A DNA stretch of 64,000 nucleotides from Azolla caroliniana (Eukaryota; Plantae; Polypodiophyta), in assembly GCA_043228905.1 (NCBI GenBank), contig JBHGNT010000144.1, positions 1 through 64,000 on the forward strand, written 5' to 3'. Made by a program: the position numbers and the translations under genes. A model generated the notes under the pieces. It was not told where the DNA came from and did not search any database. It saw only the letters and a program-made list of their open reading frames with translations. Below, piece by piece: positions 12,915 through 25,221 of the stretch. How positions within the stretch are numbered: the first letter of the stretch is position 1; every line of letters starts with the position of its first letter.

Positions 12915-15180
12915 TCATATATGAGATCCATCACTTCCTAGATATACGCCTTCCCCTTCAGACCCACCCGATGAACTAGAAGAGCTTTGTGAGGTTTCGT
13001 CCTTATCATCACTAGCAACCAATGCATTGTCTTCATCCAATTGCAATCCAACATCACTCCTTGTTCGTCTTTGTGTTGCGTCAATTGGCACATATGGGAT
13101 CTTCTCTTTTATTATCTTGATTGTAGTCTGTCTTAGATGGCATGTTTTGGTCAAGGAGAAGTCATACACGAGTATGTCGACATTATCAAGTGCTAGAGTA
13201 GACGTGCTTGGTAGATTCTTTCTTCTTCGCTTTCCACTTGTGCCTTCGACATCCTTAACCATCTCTAAAGAGTACTTCCCAATAAATGCGTCTTTGGAAG
13301 AGGTATGATACCAATGAACCATAATAGACATTACTTGATTGCCTTTATCATCCTTAATAATTTCAATGATTTTGGCAATCCTAAAGGGATGGTCCAACTT
13401 ATCACCCCCAACTAATGTTTTAACCAACATACCAACTTGTAGCTCATGTAGATTGCCTTGTCACCTCGCCTCTGCAACTTGTGATAATCTTGGTCCCACG
13501 TAAATATCTCTTTGTCGTAGACGAACTAGATTATTCAATTCAAGATTATCTAGTGATTGTAAAGCAGTCGTGCTTGCCATTGATGGGCCACCAAGCGCCC
13601 ATTCGAATTGATTTTGTAGTGGCCAGTACCCTGTAAAGTGGTTATCTAATAATATTGCATGTTGATGATTAAAGAAGACATCCCACCAATCCACATCTTG
13701 ATCACCAACGTACTTTTTGATTCGCTCAATTTTTTTTTGTTTTTCCTCAAGGCACCGCATCCAATATATCTTTTGCTCTTCAATTGAACTACCAACAACC
13801 AATCTTTTATGGTCGTCATAGGGCATTTGCTCAACACCATAGATTATTGCATTTGGGAAATGCAATAAGAGCCTACATCCTTCTTGTGGCTCCCATTGTG
13901 AACTAGATCAGTATTGTTTGGCATATAACATGGTCTGGTTGTGATCGACCATACTTTTTTAGATGAGGAAGACGTGGTTAAAACTTATATTATTAAGCGG
14001 AGCAAGAACCCTACAGCTAGTCCCATCACCATCGAAACAAAAGCGCTTGAAATCATATACTTCATCTAAATGTTGCACATTTGGCTTGGGGGTATAAGCC
14101 TTAATGATCAACCTTGATAGCACAAGAAGTGTGAAAGCATCACACCTCGCTAATTTCTTGGAGAACCTACTACACATTTGATCTATGTGATCATGTGTAT
14201 GACCAACTAGCAAGAAGTTGACCTTAATCTTTTTGAAAATACCCTTGTCTACTAACATGCTCAGCTAACCAAACACAATTGTGTTCTTGTTTTCTTTCGT
14301 CGTGTTGTCAAGTTGCACGTATCGTACTGGTGGGAGTAAAACTTGCCAACTCTGTAGAACTCTTTGCATGACTGTAACTATAAGATTAGGGTCGTTGTTG
14401 GATATTTGGATAAGTTAAGAACACTTGAGGCCTTATGGTCTGACAATACAAAAGACATCCTACTAAGTGCATCTGCACTAGGCATTCATCTCCAATGTCC
14501 TTTGGCAACCTTGCAAAATGTGGCAAACAAGTTTCCTTCTGATCCATCCCATCTATAATCAAGCACATGTATCTTTTTGGCAATTGAAGCGCTTTTTGAC
14601 GATGGTGCATAGGTTTAGATATTTCCAACGCTTGGCTTTCTCGATGTTCTCTCAATAAAGTCTTATATTTTGTTATTTCTTCATCTGTTGTCCCACTCTT
14701 TGCGAAGCTTTTTAAACTTGCGTAGATCGAACAAACACCCATCCAGACCTTGCAGGGTATGACCACATTGTTAAACTACGATCTTCATAAACGATTAAAA
14801 TGTCGATATTGTATATAAGGTACACTTTCCAATAACATGTCATCCTTATAGGCTTGGTATACCTCACGACGAGCGAAGTTATCTGACAAATGCAACCTTC
14901 TAGTGGTGGGCATAACATCACATTGCTTCGAGAAATAAATCTCCATCCATCTAACAACATGTCACCCAATCAGGCCCTTACATGGAGATTCTGAATTGTT
15001 GAAAGGCACCCACCACCCCTTCAATAATCGATGTTGAATTCTCTGTAGCCTCATGTTCCCGATGCTATAAGCAATTTTAAAAGCAACTTGATAACTCTTC
15101 GTAGTAAGTGAAAGGTAATATTCCACATGATGGTCCTTAACAAGTTGCATATTGGCAATCAAGAATGTATCTTGTTCGTC
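12915..15180 (-). pseudogene. Sola-like/DUF7869-type DDD transposase pseudogene with a C-terminal beta-barrel-like domain
   Basis: Motifs in order: LIIDGMDQKETCLPHF (D1), LPPVRYVQLDNTTKENKN (D2), FKKIKVNFLLVGHTHDHIDQMCSRFS (D3); broken by stops and frameshifts; 5' end appears missing. Confidence 0.78.
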
Positions 15181-15194
15181 ACTTTTTCAAAAGA

Positions 15195-15311
15195 AACTCA
15201 ATGCACTACATCGAGTTCCTGTTGAAAGAGTGTCCCTTTCAATGAGAACTCGATGCAGTGCATGGAGTTCCTGACCCTTTCAATGAGATTTTGAGTTCTC
15301 GTTGAAAGGGT
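15195..15311. repeat. Nested inverted repeats between the two divergent transposon genes
   Basis: ~34-bp arms spanning 15195-15269; 15-bp arms ACCCTTTCAATGAGA/TCTCGTTGAAAGGGT spanning 15274-15311. Confidence 0.8.
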
Positions 15312-15547
15312 ACCTTAGTTTAGATGGGCTATATTGTTCCCGTTGAAAAATGGGCTTTTCATGATCAATAGATCAGATTTGGTCAAATTTTTTGCAGTTG
15401 TTTTTTGGTCTATTTCTTCAAGTTTTTTATGTAACATTCTATACAAAAACGTATGATTCTCGCTAATTTTTACCTTAGTTTAGAGGTCTATATTGTTTAT
15501 TATTAAGATTATTGTTATATCCTTGTGTCATGACTTGTTGTTTTCAG

Positions 15548-18510
15548 TGAGCCACAACAGAAGGTGCCATCCTTCAAACTAAAAATTCCGCCACCAACAA
15601 AAAGACCTTCTGACACCATGATGAAAGTTGATTCTCGCAAAACATTTATCGAGTCAAGAGGTGATGACACTTTAAAGTCCTTTGTCGATAACCCGATGAA
15701 GACTTTAGGCGAAAAGAGTGGGGAGCCTCGCCTGAACAGCTACCCCCAAGTGGAATGGACACTGATCTACACCGAGGAAGAAGGGGACCTCCTTATTCTT
15801 GCAAAGTCTGAAGGTGAAGGCAAGTTGCAGGTGGGAAAGACATTCCCCTACATCTACGTAAGGAACATCAAATATGAAGACAACGACTCATCGAACCTCT
15901 TCTTCGATGTTGATAGCTCGATGGGGGTTCACAGAGTCAAGATCGATGAACATAATTTCATAACCGACTCCTGCCACCCTAAAGCCCTAAAAAAGGATGT
16001 TCAGACAAAAACAACTTGATTGTTGCTTTGCACCCGTACATTAAGGGAGAGCTGATGGTCACACAAGCAACAACCCCACCAAAGTCTGCTAAGAAGTCCA
16101 AACCGGAACATAAGAAGTACAAGAAAAGGTAGCAACTAGAAGAGGACGAGTCGAAGGTCCTCGAGTTCGTAGAAGATGAGGAGGAAGAAGCCGAGATCGA
16201 AGTTATTCCTCTAGGGGGCCACATTTCATTGGGGATACTCACCTCAGAGCATAACCAGATCAGAGAAAATATTGTAAAGACGAAGCTTGTTCGTAAAGGA
16301 GACAAGAAGAAGAAATAAGAGAGCCACATTCACTGCATGTGTAGAACTTAAAAAGCAAAATGAAGATTAATCCACATGCGACTGTTAGGCCATTCTTAGT
16401 AATGGTTGACCTAGATCAATGCCCTACTATTGTTGACTTCAAGTACATTTCGGCAGATGACTACACATACTATGTGATTGGAGGATCCCACTCTACTGAA
16501 ACCCGACGTCAACTGGTCAAGGAGTATCCTCTTACCCCTTTCTTCAAGTATGCAAAATGTAAAGTGTATGCATGCCTTACACATGACGAAGCCAAGTTGT
16601 TAGGTTGGGATCATAACAACAATAACGGCTATAGACAAAAGATGTCATGTATCGAGCGCATCAAGTTCTTCCATCACGAGTACCTTGATGCGTTGCAAAA
16701 GTTTGGTCCTTGGCTGCATCCTGGATTGTGACGACAATGTCTACTTGAAGTGGGGATAGCAGTTGACGAAAGCACCAAGTTTGAAGGCTTGAGAAAATAT
16801 GACTCGTGGTTTTAACTTGCCTTTAGAACAGGGGAGGTATGGGACCTCCAAGATCGCATTTTTAGTATGTGGGAGCATAAAGAAATAAAGGGACAAAGAT
16901 CAAAGAAGGCTAAGCTTGACCCACAGGTGGAGATGAAATCTAAGTCAAGTAAAAGTGACTTAGTAATTGAAGAGTTAGCCGAAGATATGAAGCTACTTCC
17001 TTGGTGGTCACTGCAAGGAATTAAGGATGACATATTATTGATATTTGTATTAATCAAGCGTGGCCGCCAAGGAGTTTAGCCTTGACGAAATGGTCATAGA
17101 TTTTCAAAAGTGAGTCATCTATGTGCATGTATCATTTTGATTTGATTGCTTTGTTGATTTGTTCTTTATTCTAATTTTAGTTTCTTTTGATTTTTGGATA
17201 ATGGGTTTCTTCTTACAAAATTTATAATTACAGAAACCACCTCGTTCAAAGAAGAATAGTGACGACAATGAAGGTATACCTAGCGCTTTCATCACCCATT
17301 TGGAACGAGCTAAATACGAGAAACGGATGACAAAAGGAAAGGAGCTCGAGGTGCCTGAGGACTCGGATATCGTAAAAAGCTTTTGGCACAAGAGTGATCC
17401 TTTCCGATAATTGTATTATAGTGTATATAATGGTGATGTGGGTAATATGCTTGACATATTACCCAAGAGACATTATACATTGCTCGTGGCGGATATACCG
17501 TATGGCTTCAGAATATCAAGCTCGACATACGACGATGTGCCATACAAATATCCGCAAATAGTGAAGATGGTTAAGGACTTTGCGGAGCTGACCCTGGCAC
17601 CATTATGGCCTATTGTTATATTTCATAGTATGGGTCAGTTGTTATTGGTCACGACTGCATTGAAGTCGAGATACCATGCCACCGAACATATGCATTGGTA
17701 AGCATTATGTTACTATATATTTAATGTATGGATTCCTTGTTGCTTACTACATGTTTATTAACTTGTTTCGATTCAATTATAGAATAGGGTTAAAACGAAC
17801 ATAACTCGTACCCTGGGTGATCGAATGGTGAGCGTTGTGGAGCACATGTGCGTGGGCCACTATGACGCAATTCCTGAGAAGAAGGCTTGGGCACATGTTA
17901 ATGAGCGAAACGTTGTCAACTATATCATGTGCCCAACTGTAACGAAGAAATTGCGCCACGTGCCTAGCGATAAGAGTTTAGTAACCCCTTATCAAAAGCC
18001 CCAATGATTGATTAATCGATTGGTCGAGTTGTTCTCGAACCTTGATGATTGGGTTCTTGGCTTATTTTCTGGAACAGGTAATCTATTAAGTTTCATCAAT
18101 GTTTTTTAAAATGAAATATTATTTCTTGTCTTCTTTTCTTACTTTTATATGTGTGATTGTTTATTTAGGAACGATGACTGCATGTGCTCTTAAACTGTTC
18201 AGGAACTACGTCGCATTAAAAAAGGACCCCGACCAAGAAAATTTTATTAAGATGAGGATCCAAGGCATCTAGGATTGTCTCGACCAAGACCAAGAGGTTG
18301 GGGCAAAGCATATCAATGAAATAGAGATGTTTCAGATGACCTCTAGAGAGCCGATGGAACCTATAGACGAGAAAGAGGCGCCTTCTCGACCTTGAAGATG
18401 CATCAGGTTCTGATCATATACAAGATTCAGCTAAGGGGACAAAAGATGTTCATGCAGCACCACTATCAGCTGATCTTGGAGAGCAGCTTGTTCCAAACAT
18501 CCTAATCGAG
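15548..18510 (+). pseudogene. Spliced cargo gene: ParB/Srx-like domain plus beta-class N6-adenine/N4-cytosine DNA methyltransferase (pseudogenised)
   Basis: Putative exons 15548-17109, 17234-17697, 17788-18077 and 18169-~18510; YYVIGGSH..EAKLLGWDHN (ParB-like); YNGDVGNMLDILP..LLVADIPYG (motif IV); HW|VKTN..VEHMCV; PYQKPQxLINRLVELFS..DDWVLGLFSGT|GTMTACALKLFRNYVAL (motifs X and I); the last two GT-AG introns splice in frame. Confidence 0.8.
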
Positions 18511-19686
18511 TGATTGTATATTAGTTTGTATTTGTAACTATAAAATTGTAACACTAAACTTGTTGTGGAATATAAGATTATTTTGTTTGAGTACCATTTC
18601 TTTACACTATCTGATTGGTTTGCAAACTTTAAGTGTCTATCATATATTTGTATTGGTTGACTCACAAAGTATGTGGTTGTTAAGTGTAATTTTTATTGAA
18701 TAGATGGTGATGAACTTATCGATTGTATGACAAATGTTGGTTATAATTGTTTCTTTATTAATATAATTGAATTTAGTTTTATTCTAACATTTTTTAGCTC
18801 TTTAATCTTGGTTATTTAATTTCGAGTGTACAGAAAAATATTAAGTCAACGTTGTTGCTCACTTGATCTTACATTTAGGTTGTTCATATATGATTGGGAT
18901 ATAATGTCCGTAGAAGTTGTTGGGCATGTGAGGTATATAATGTGATATTCACTTGTGAATATGTGTCTAATTATACCCAAAAATGCACTTTGCTCATTTA
19001 ATATAACAAGCTTTATAGGAGTTAGAGAGAAATATAGAATTAAAATTGTGTTTCTAAAATTGTTCAATTGGATTCAAATTCAACATTATGTAAAATGAAG
19101 CATATTACAATGATAGTTGAAAGCATTCTCATAATCCAAGCGAATGTTTGGCTAAATATGTGTATGAATTGAGAAAATATAGGTTAAATTTGAAATCTTG
19201 ATAATATTAACTGTGTTTTTTATTGATGTTTTTAAAAGTCATGTGCGCATGCGTGATACATTCTTGAAAGTTTGTTAAAAAATTGTAATTCTTGACATCT
19301 CATGTATTTATCAATAAAGGAATGCGACATATTACCTGTTCTAAATGACCCGGTGTTTCAACACAGGATGCCTTCCGGGGTGCGGATCACTTTGATCCTG
19401 AGGAACTAATGAAGGTCCCCAAGATCCTTCATCTCGAATGATGCCGAAAGTTGGGATTTGACACAACCGATTTCGTCCAGGTCGGCGTCGACGATGACAA
19501 GATCATCCACATAGAGCAATATGGTCACCGACTCGTTCAGACCTTGTGGGATGAAGAGAGAGGAGTCTGATTTCGACGAAGCAAACCCCATCCGACGTAA
19601 CCTCTACGTGATCTTCTTGTTCCAAGCGCGCGACACTTGCTTGAGTCCATAGAGAGACTTTTTCAATCAGCATACAACCGATGTGT

Positions 19687-20001
19687 TGTCATGAAATAGC
19701 ATGGTATGGCTTCAAAAGGATTTGAACCCATGACCTTGTGTCACATGGGTTAAAGCCTTACCATTAAGCTATACATTGTAATACGAAGAATATTATTTCC
19801 ATTTATTATTTCACTTAGGAAATCCGTGTATATTCTAGATTTCTCTGGAACATTCTAGAAATATCAAGAGTACTCCTAAGCATACTATAAAAAGAGGCAC
19901 ATGGCATTATTGAGAAGCAATTCAGTTCAACGCCAATCTTAAGCCTCATAGTTATTCTTGTATATTCTCTTCATATAACATAATATATCATTTGTTACCA
20001 T

Positions 20002-20036
<35 letters not shown>

Positions 20037-23000
20037 TCTCCCGAGAGTTGTACACATTTTCCCGCTTAGTACTGATCCTCATCTCTAGTACTAATTCCCT
20101 CTTTGTGTTAGTATAATTCCTGACAATTTGAACCGAATTTGTCATCCTCTTATTCCTCCTTTCCCTTCATACTAAATCGTCTTCTCCTCTTACTAAATGG
20201 CAACGGTTAGTGCTCAAGAATACCAATCCGTTTTCTCGGAGCTCCGGTGCTTAAAAGAAAAGTTTGTAGCACTAGAACAAGAAAATCAACGTCTACTGGG
20301 GGATCCTCAACAAGTAGCTCTAGAAAAACAACAACAACACGGGGAGCTAACGTTACGTGTGCAACAACTTGAAGCGACTATTGTGTCATTACAACAACAA
20401 GGATTGAGCACTCAAGGGACTCCCAAAGAACCCAAGATCGGTCTTCCTATTAAATTTGACGGGACCCGATCACAGTTAAGAGGATTTCTTAATTAGGTAT
20501 GTTTAGTTATTCAAATGCATCCTTCTCGAGATCTCACCACATCGAGTGGGACTAGTAGGCACACTACTTAGTGGCATGGCTTTGGCATGGTTCGCCCCCT
20601 TGTTCGAAAAAAATTCTCCTTAGTTAAATAAATTTGAAGTGTTTATTAGCAAGTTTAAAGCCTATTTTGGGGATACCAATAGCATTAGGATGACAATCAA
20701 CAAAATCCAAATATTGCGTCAAGGTGATCGGCCGGCCTTGGCTTATGCTGTAGATTTTCGTCTTCTCGCCACTGCAATTCCCTGGGATGACCAAGAATTA
20801 ATGGAGAAATTTCGTTGTAGCCTACGTAATGATGTCAAGGACTTACTCTTGACCTTCCCCGAAGAACCAAAGTCATTGACAGAAGCAATCAGTCACGCAG
20901 TACTATGCAATAACCACCTTTTCGAACGATGTTCAGAACGATTGGTACCCACTTACGCTTCAGTTGTAGCAAAACCTTTCCCAAGTGAGTCATTTAATGT
21001 GTCTCTAGCAAATACTCCCACTCCAATGGAAATCGACACCACACATCGTCACGAACCATTATCGGAAGGGGAAAAATAGTGACGCCAAGCAAATCAATTA
21101 TGTCTTTATTGCGGTGGACCGGGGCATATTGTAGTGAACTATCCCCATCGGCTGAGAAGACAGGTAAATCAAATATCCGCTAGTACTAATAGTAATAAAC
21201 CTAAGTCTATTTCTCTAGGCGTGTCTGATAGTCCTAATAGCCCAAGCCTTTCAAACAAATTTGAAATCCTTAGTCAACTAGAAGAAGAGTTAAACGATTA
21301 AGTCCAGCCAAAATAGGATTTGTTTGGTTGGATAGCTCTAGATCTGTGCAACCCATTAATGGTTCCATTCCCTCTAAGCAAGTTAGCAATGTCGTCCTAG
21401 CTCAAGTAACAATTAGTACTAAAAGTATCTCTCCAGTACATGTCTTAGCACTTCTAGAGCTAATTCTTGCTTCATGGATAAGAATTTTTCCCAAGCTCAT
21501 CAAATATCCCTAAGAAAACTCCATTTCCCAGCCTTTGTAGTAGTCATTGATGGTCACCCCATTGCTTCTTGAAAAATCGTAGAGGAGTCAAAGCCAATTA
21601 ATGTTGTCCTACATAATTTGACATGTGTAGTATCATTCAATATAATTAGTAGTCCAGAACATCCCATTGTTTTGGGGTTACCATGGTTTGAGTTACACAA
21701 TCCATACATAGACTGGAGAACAAGAGAAATCCGATATCAACAACCTTGAGAAGTTGCTCATAAGGTTTCAACCATTTCGCTACATCAACTGCGCGAAGAA
21801 GGAGGCAAGGAATCAATGTTTGTATTCACAATATCAATAAGACCTTCCAACACCACTAAAGAGGAATCCATAGTTCAACTTCTAGAGAAGTACCATCATT
21901 ATGCCCACGTATTTGATAAGTTATAAGCCAATACTCTTCCTCACCATCGACCATATGATTTTCCCATTGATTTACAACCATGAAAAGAGCCACCATGGGG
22001 ACCGATCTACAACTTGTCACCAACCGAGCTAGAAGTCCTTCGAGCCTACATAGAGGAGAATTTGGTGAACGGGTTCATTCGACATTCGAAATCTCCAGCC
22101 GGCAGACCCATTTTCTTTGTCAAGAAAAAGGATGGATCAATTCGTCTCGTCATAGATTACCGTGGCTTAAATAAGGTCATCATCAGGAATAGATATGCAC
22201 TTGCCCTTATCTCGAGTCTTTTAGAACGGCTTAATGGTGCAAAATTCTTCACAAAGATCGACTTATGAGGCGCATATAACCTCGTACGGATCCAACCGGG
22301 AGATGAATGGAAGACCGCTTTTCACACCCGATACGGGCACTTTGAGTATACGGTTATGCCATTCGGTCTCACCAATGCGCCAACCGTCTTCCAGCACATG
22401 CCAAATGATATTTTCCAAGATCTCTTGGATATTTGTTTGATCATCTATTTGGATGATTTGCTAGTTTATTCGAAGACTCAAGAAGAGCATGATTCTCATG
22501 TATTATTAGTACTAAAACGACTTCGAGAACATGGTCTTTATGCAAAACTGGAAAAATGTAGTTTTGAAGGTAGAATTTCTAGGCTATGTCATCTTCTCGG
22601 AAGGCATCTCCATGGATCCAACTAAGGTCAAAACAGTGGTAGAGTGGCAGAATCCTTGTTCATTGCGAGATGTGTAATGTTTTTTAGGCTTCGCAAATTT
22701 CTACCACAAGTTTATACATGACTACTCAAAGCTTTTTTTGCCTCTCATACAACTTACCAAGAAGGGGTAGTCGTTTGTTTGGTGTAAGAAAGCGGACACG
22801 GCTTTTCTAAGTCTTAAGAAAGCATTTACATCAGCTCCTATTCTAGCTCATGTTGATCCGAAAAAACCGTTCATCATGGAGGCAAACACATCAAATTTCG
22901 CCCTTGGTAACATTCTGTCACAACAAGGCGATGATGAAAAACTACATCCTGTGGCTTTCCACTCGGGCAAGTTTGACGCCGCCGAAATCAACTACGAGAT

Positions 23001-25164
23001 ACATGACAATGAGCTATTAGCAATAGTGGACTCTTTTGCACAATGAAGACATTTTTTAGAGGGATCTTCTCATCAAATCACCGTATTTAGTGATCACAAA
23101 AACCTTGCCTATTTCCAGAATGCTCATGTATTAAATCAACGACAAGATCGGTGGGGCCAATTCCTCACTCGCTTCGACTTCAAAATTACATATCATCCTA
23201 GGAAGTAGCAAGGGAAGGCAGATGCATTATCACGGTGCTCGTATCTAGCACCTCATCCCAGTGATCCAGCATTCGATAATCAAAAGCAAGTCATCCTGGG
23301 ACCAACACGACTACAAGCAACGTGGGTTTGTGATACTCCATTGGATTCCCATATTATGGAGACCATACGTGAAGACTTGAAGACAGATGCTTTCACTCAA
23401 GCCATTTTAGCACAAATTGATTCCTCGCGGGCAATCTGTTCACAGTCACAACAACCAGGTACGGACTATTGACAATTCAAATGTCATGATGGATTACTAT
23501 TGTTTAAGAAACTCTTGTATGTTCCCAATAGTTCTTGTCGCCTTCGAGTAGTCCAAAATTGTCATGACACATATACAGTTGGACATTTTGGTAGTACTAA
23601 AACGTTGAATTTAGTACAACGATCATTTTGGTGGCCTGATATGCGACGATATGGTGAAGACTATGTTCATAAATGTGATACATGTTGCAGAGCAAAGATG
23701 CCAAGACATCATCCATATGGTTTATTGGAACCATTACCACTTCCAAGCAAGCCGTGGTAGTTCATTTGTCTAGATTTTATCACAGATCTTCCAGTTTCAA
23801 AGGGATTTGATGTGATCTTAACAATAGTAGATTGATATACTAAGATGGCACATTTCTTGCCTTGTACTAAGGCAATCACTAGTGAAGAAACCGTTGAAGT
23901 TGTCATGTGTGAGGTATTTTGGCACCATGGCCTCTTGGATAGTATCATTAACAACCATGGACCACAATTCATCTCGAAATTCTGGAAGCATCTCTTCAAA
24001 ATGCTTAAGGTCATTTGTAACCTCTCATCCGGATATCACCCTCAAACAGTCGGACAAGTCAATTGTAAATCCAACATTGGAACAATATTTTCGGTGTTTT
24101 CTAAGCTATCAACAAGATGATTGGGCGGATATTCTCCACTTTGCCGAATTTGCTTACAATAACTCTATCCACTCATCGACTAGGGTTACACCATTTTATG
24201 CTTATACAGGCTATCATCCTCGATGGTGTGTGCTCAAAACTCCGGAGTTACCCACAAATCCTCGTGCAAAGGATCATTTGGAGCGGCTACACAAGATCGA
24301 AGCAGATCTATGTACCCATTTACATCAAGATCAACAAACACAGAAGGCTTATGCGGATCGTCATCAGCTTCCATCCTGTTTTGACATTGAAAATCAGGTA
24401 TAGCTATTATGACGACATATCAAGACTACTCAACCATGCTATAAATTGGATTATCGACGATTAGGTCGTTTCCGTATTATTGGAAAAAATAATGATGTCA
24501 CTTTTCGTCTTGATCTACCTCCGCAACTATGGATACATCCGGTTTTTCCTAATTCTCTCCTCGAACCCTATCAAGGCAACACTATCCTAAATCGTATTAC
24601 ACCACCTCCACCCCCGATCGAGCTTGAAGCCGGACTAGAGTACCAAGTTGTTGCCATCCTCGATTCGAAGATTGTTCGCAACAAGCTCTACTATTTGGTC
24701 GATTGGCTAGGCTATAGTCCAAGCGAGCGTACTTGGGAACTAGTCGAGAATGTGGTAAATGCTCGAGCTCTTATTGAGGACTTCCATTGGCAATATCCCT
24801 ACAAGCTAGGTCCTCCATCTAAGACAACTCGTAACACTCGTCGTCTTAAGGGGGGTTAGTGTCATGATATAGCATGGTATGGCTTCAAAATTATTCGAAC
24901 CTATGACCTTGTGTCACATGGGTTGAAGCCTTACCATTAAGTTATACATTGTAATACGAAGAATATTATTTCGCTTAGAAAATCCATGTATATTCTAGAT
25001 TTCTCCGGAACATTCTAGAAATATCAAGCGTACTCCTAAGCATACTATAAAAAGAGGCACATGGCATTATTGAGAACCAATTCGGTTCAACGCCAGTCTT
25101 AAGCTTCCTAGATATTCTTGTATATAATTCTCTTCATATAACATAATATATTGTTTGTTAACAT

Positions 25165-25221
<57 letters not shown>

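Larger units (their letters stand above)
12620..19357. mobile_element. Cut-and-paste DNA transposon (Sola-like DDD transposase) with ~37-bp TIRs and 4-bp TSD, carrying a ParB-like/DNA methyltransferase cargo gene
   Basis: Left TIR AACACAGGGTCATTTGAAACATGTAATATGTCACAAT matches the right TIR reverse complement AACACCGGGTCATTTAGAACAGGTAATATGTCGCATT at 31/37; TSD TCAA at 12616-12619 and 19358-19361; flanks are adjacent parts of Copia RT. Confidence 0.88.

Noticed and set aside
15548-18510. Bacterial contamination as the source of the MTase/ParB sequence
   Set aside because: It has in-frame GT-AG introns, lies inside TIRs with a TSD, and is embedded in a plant Copia RT
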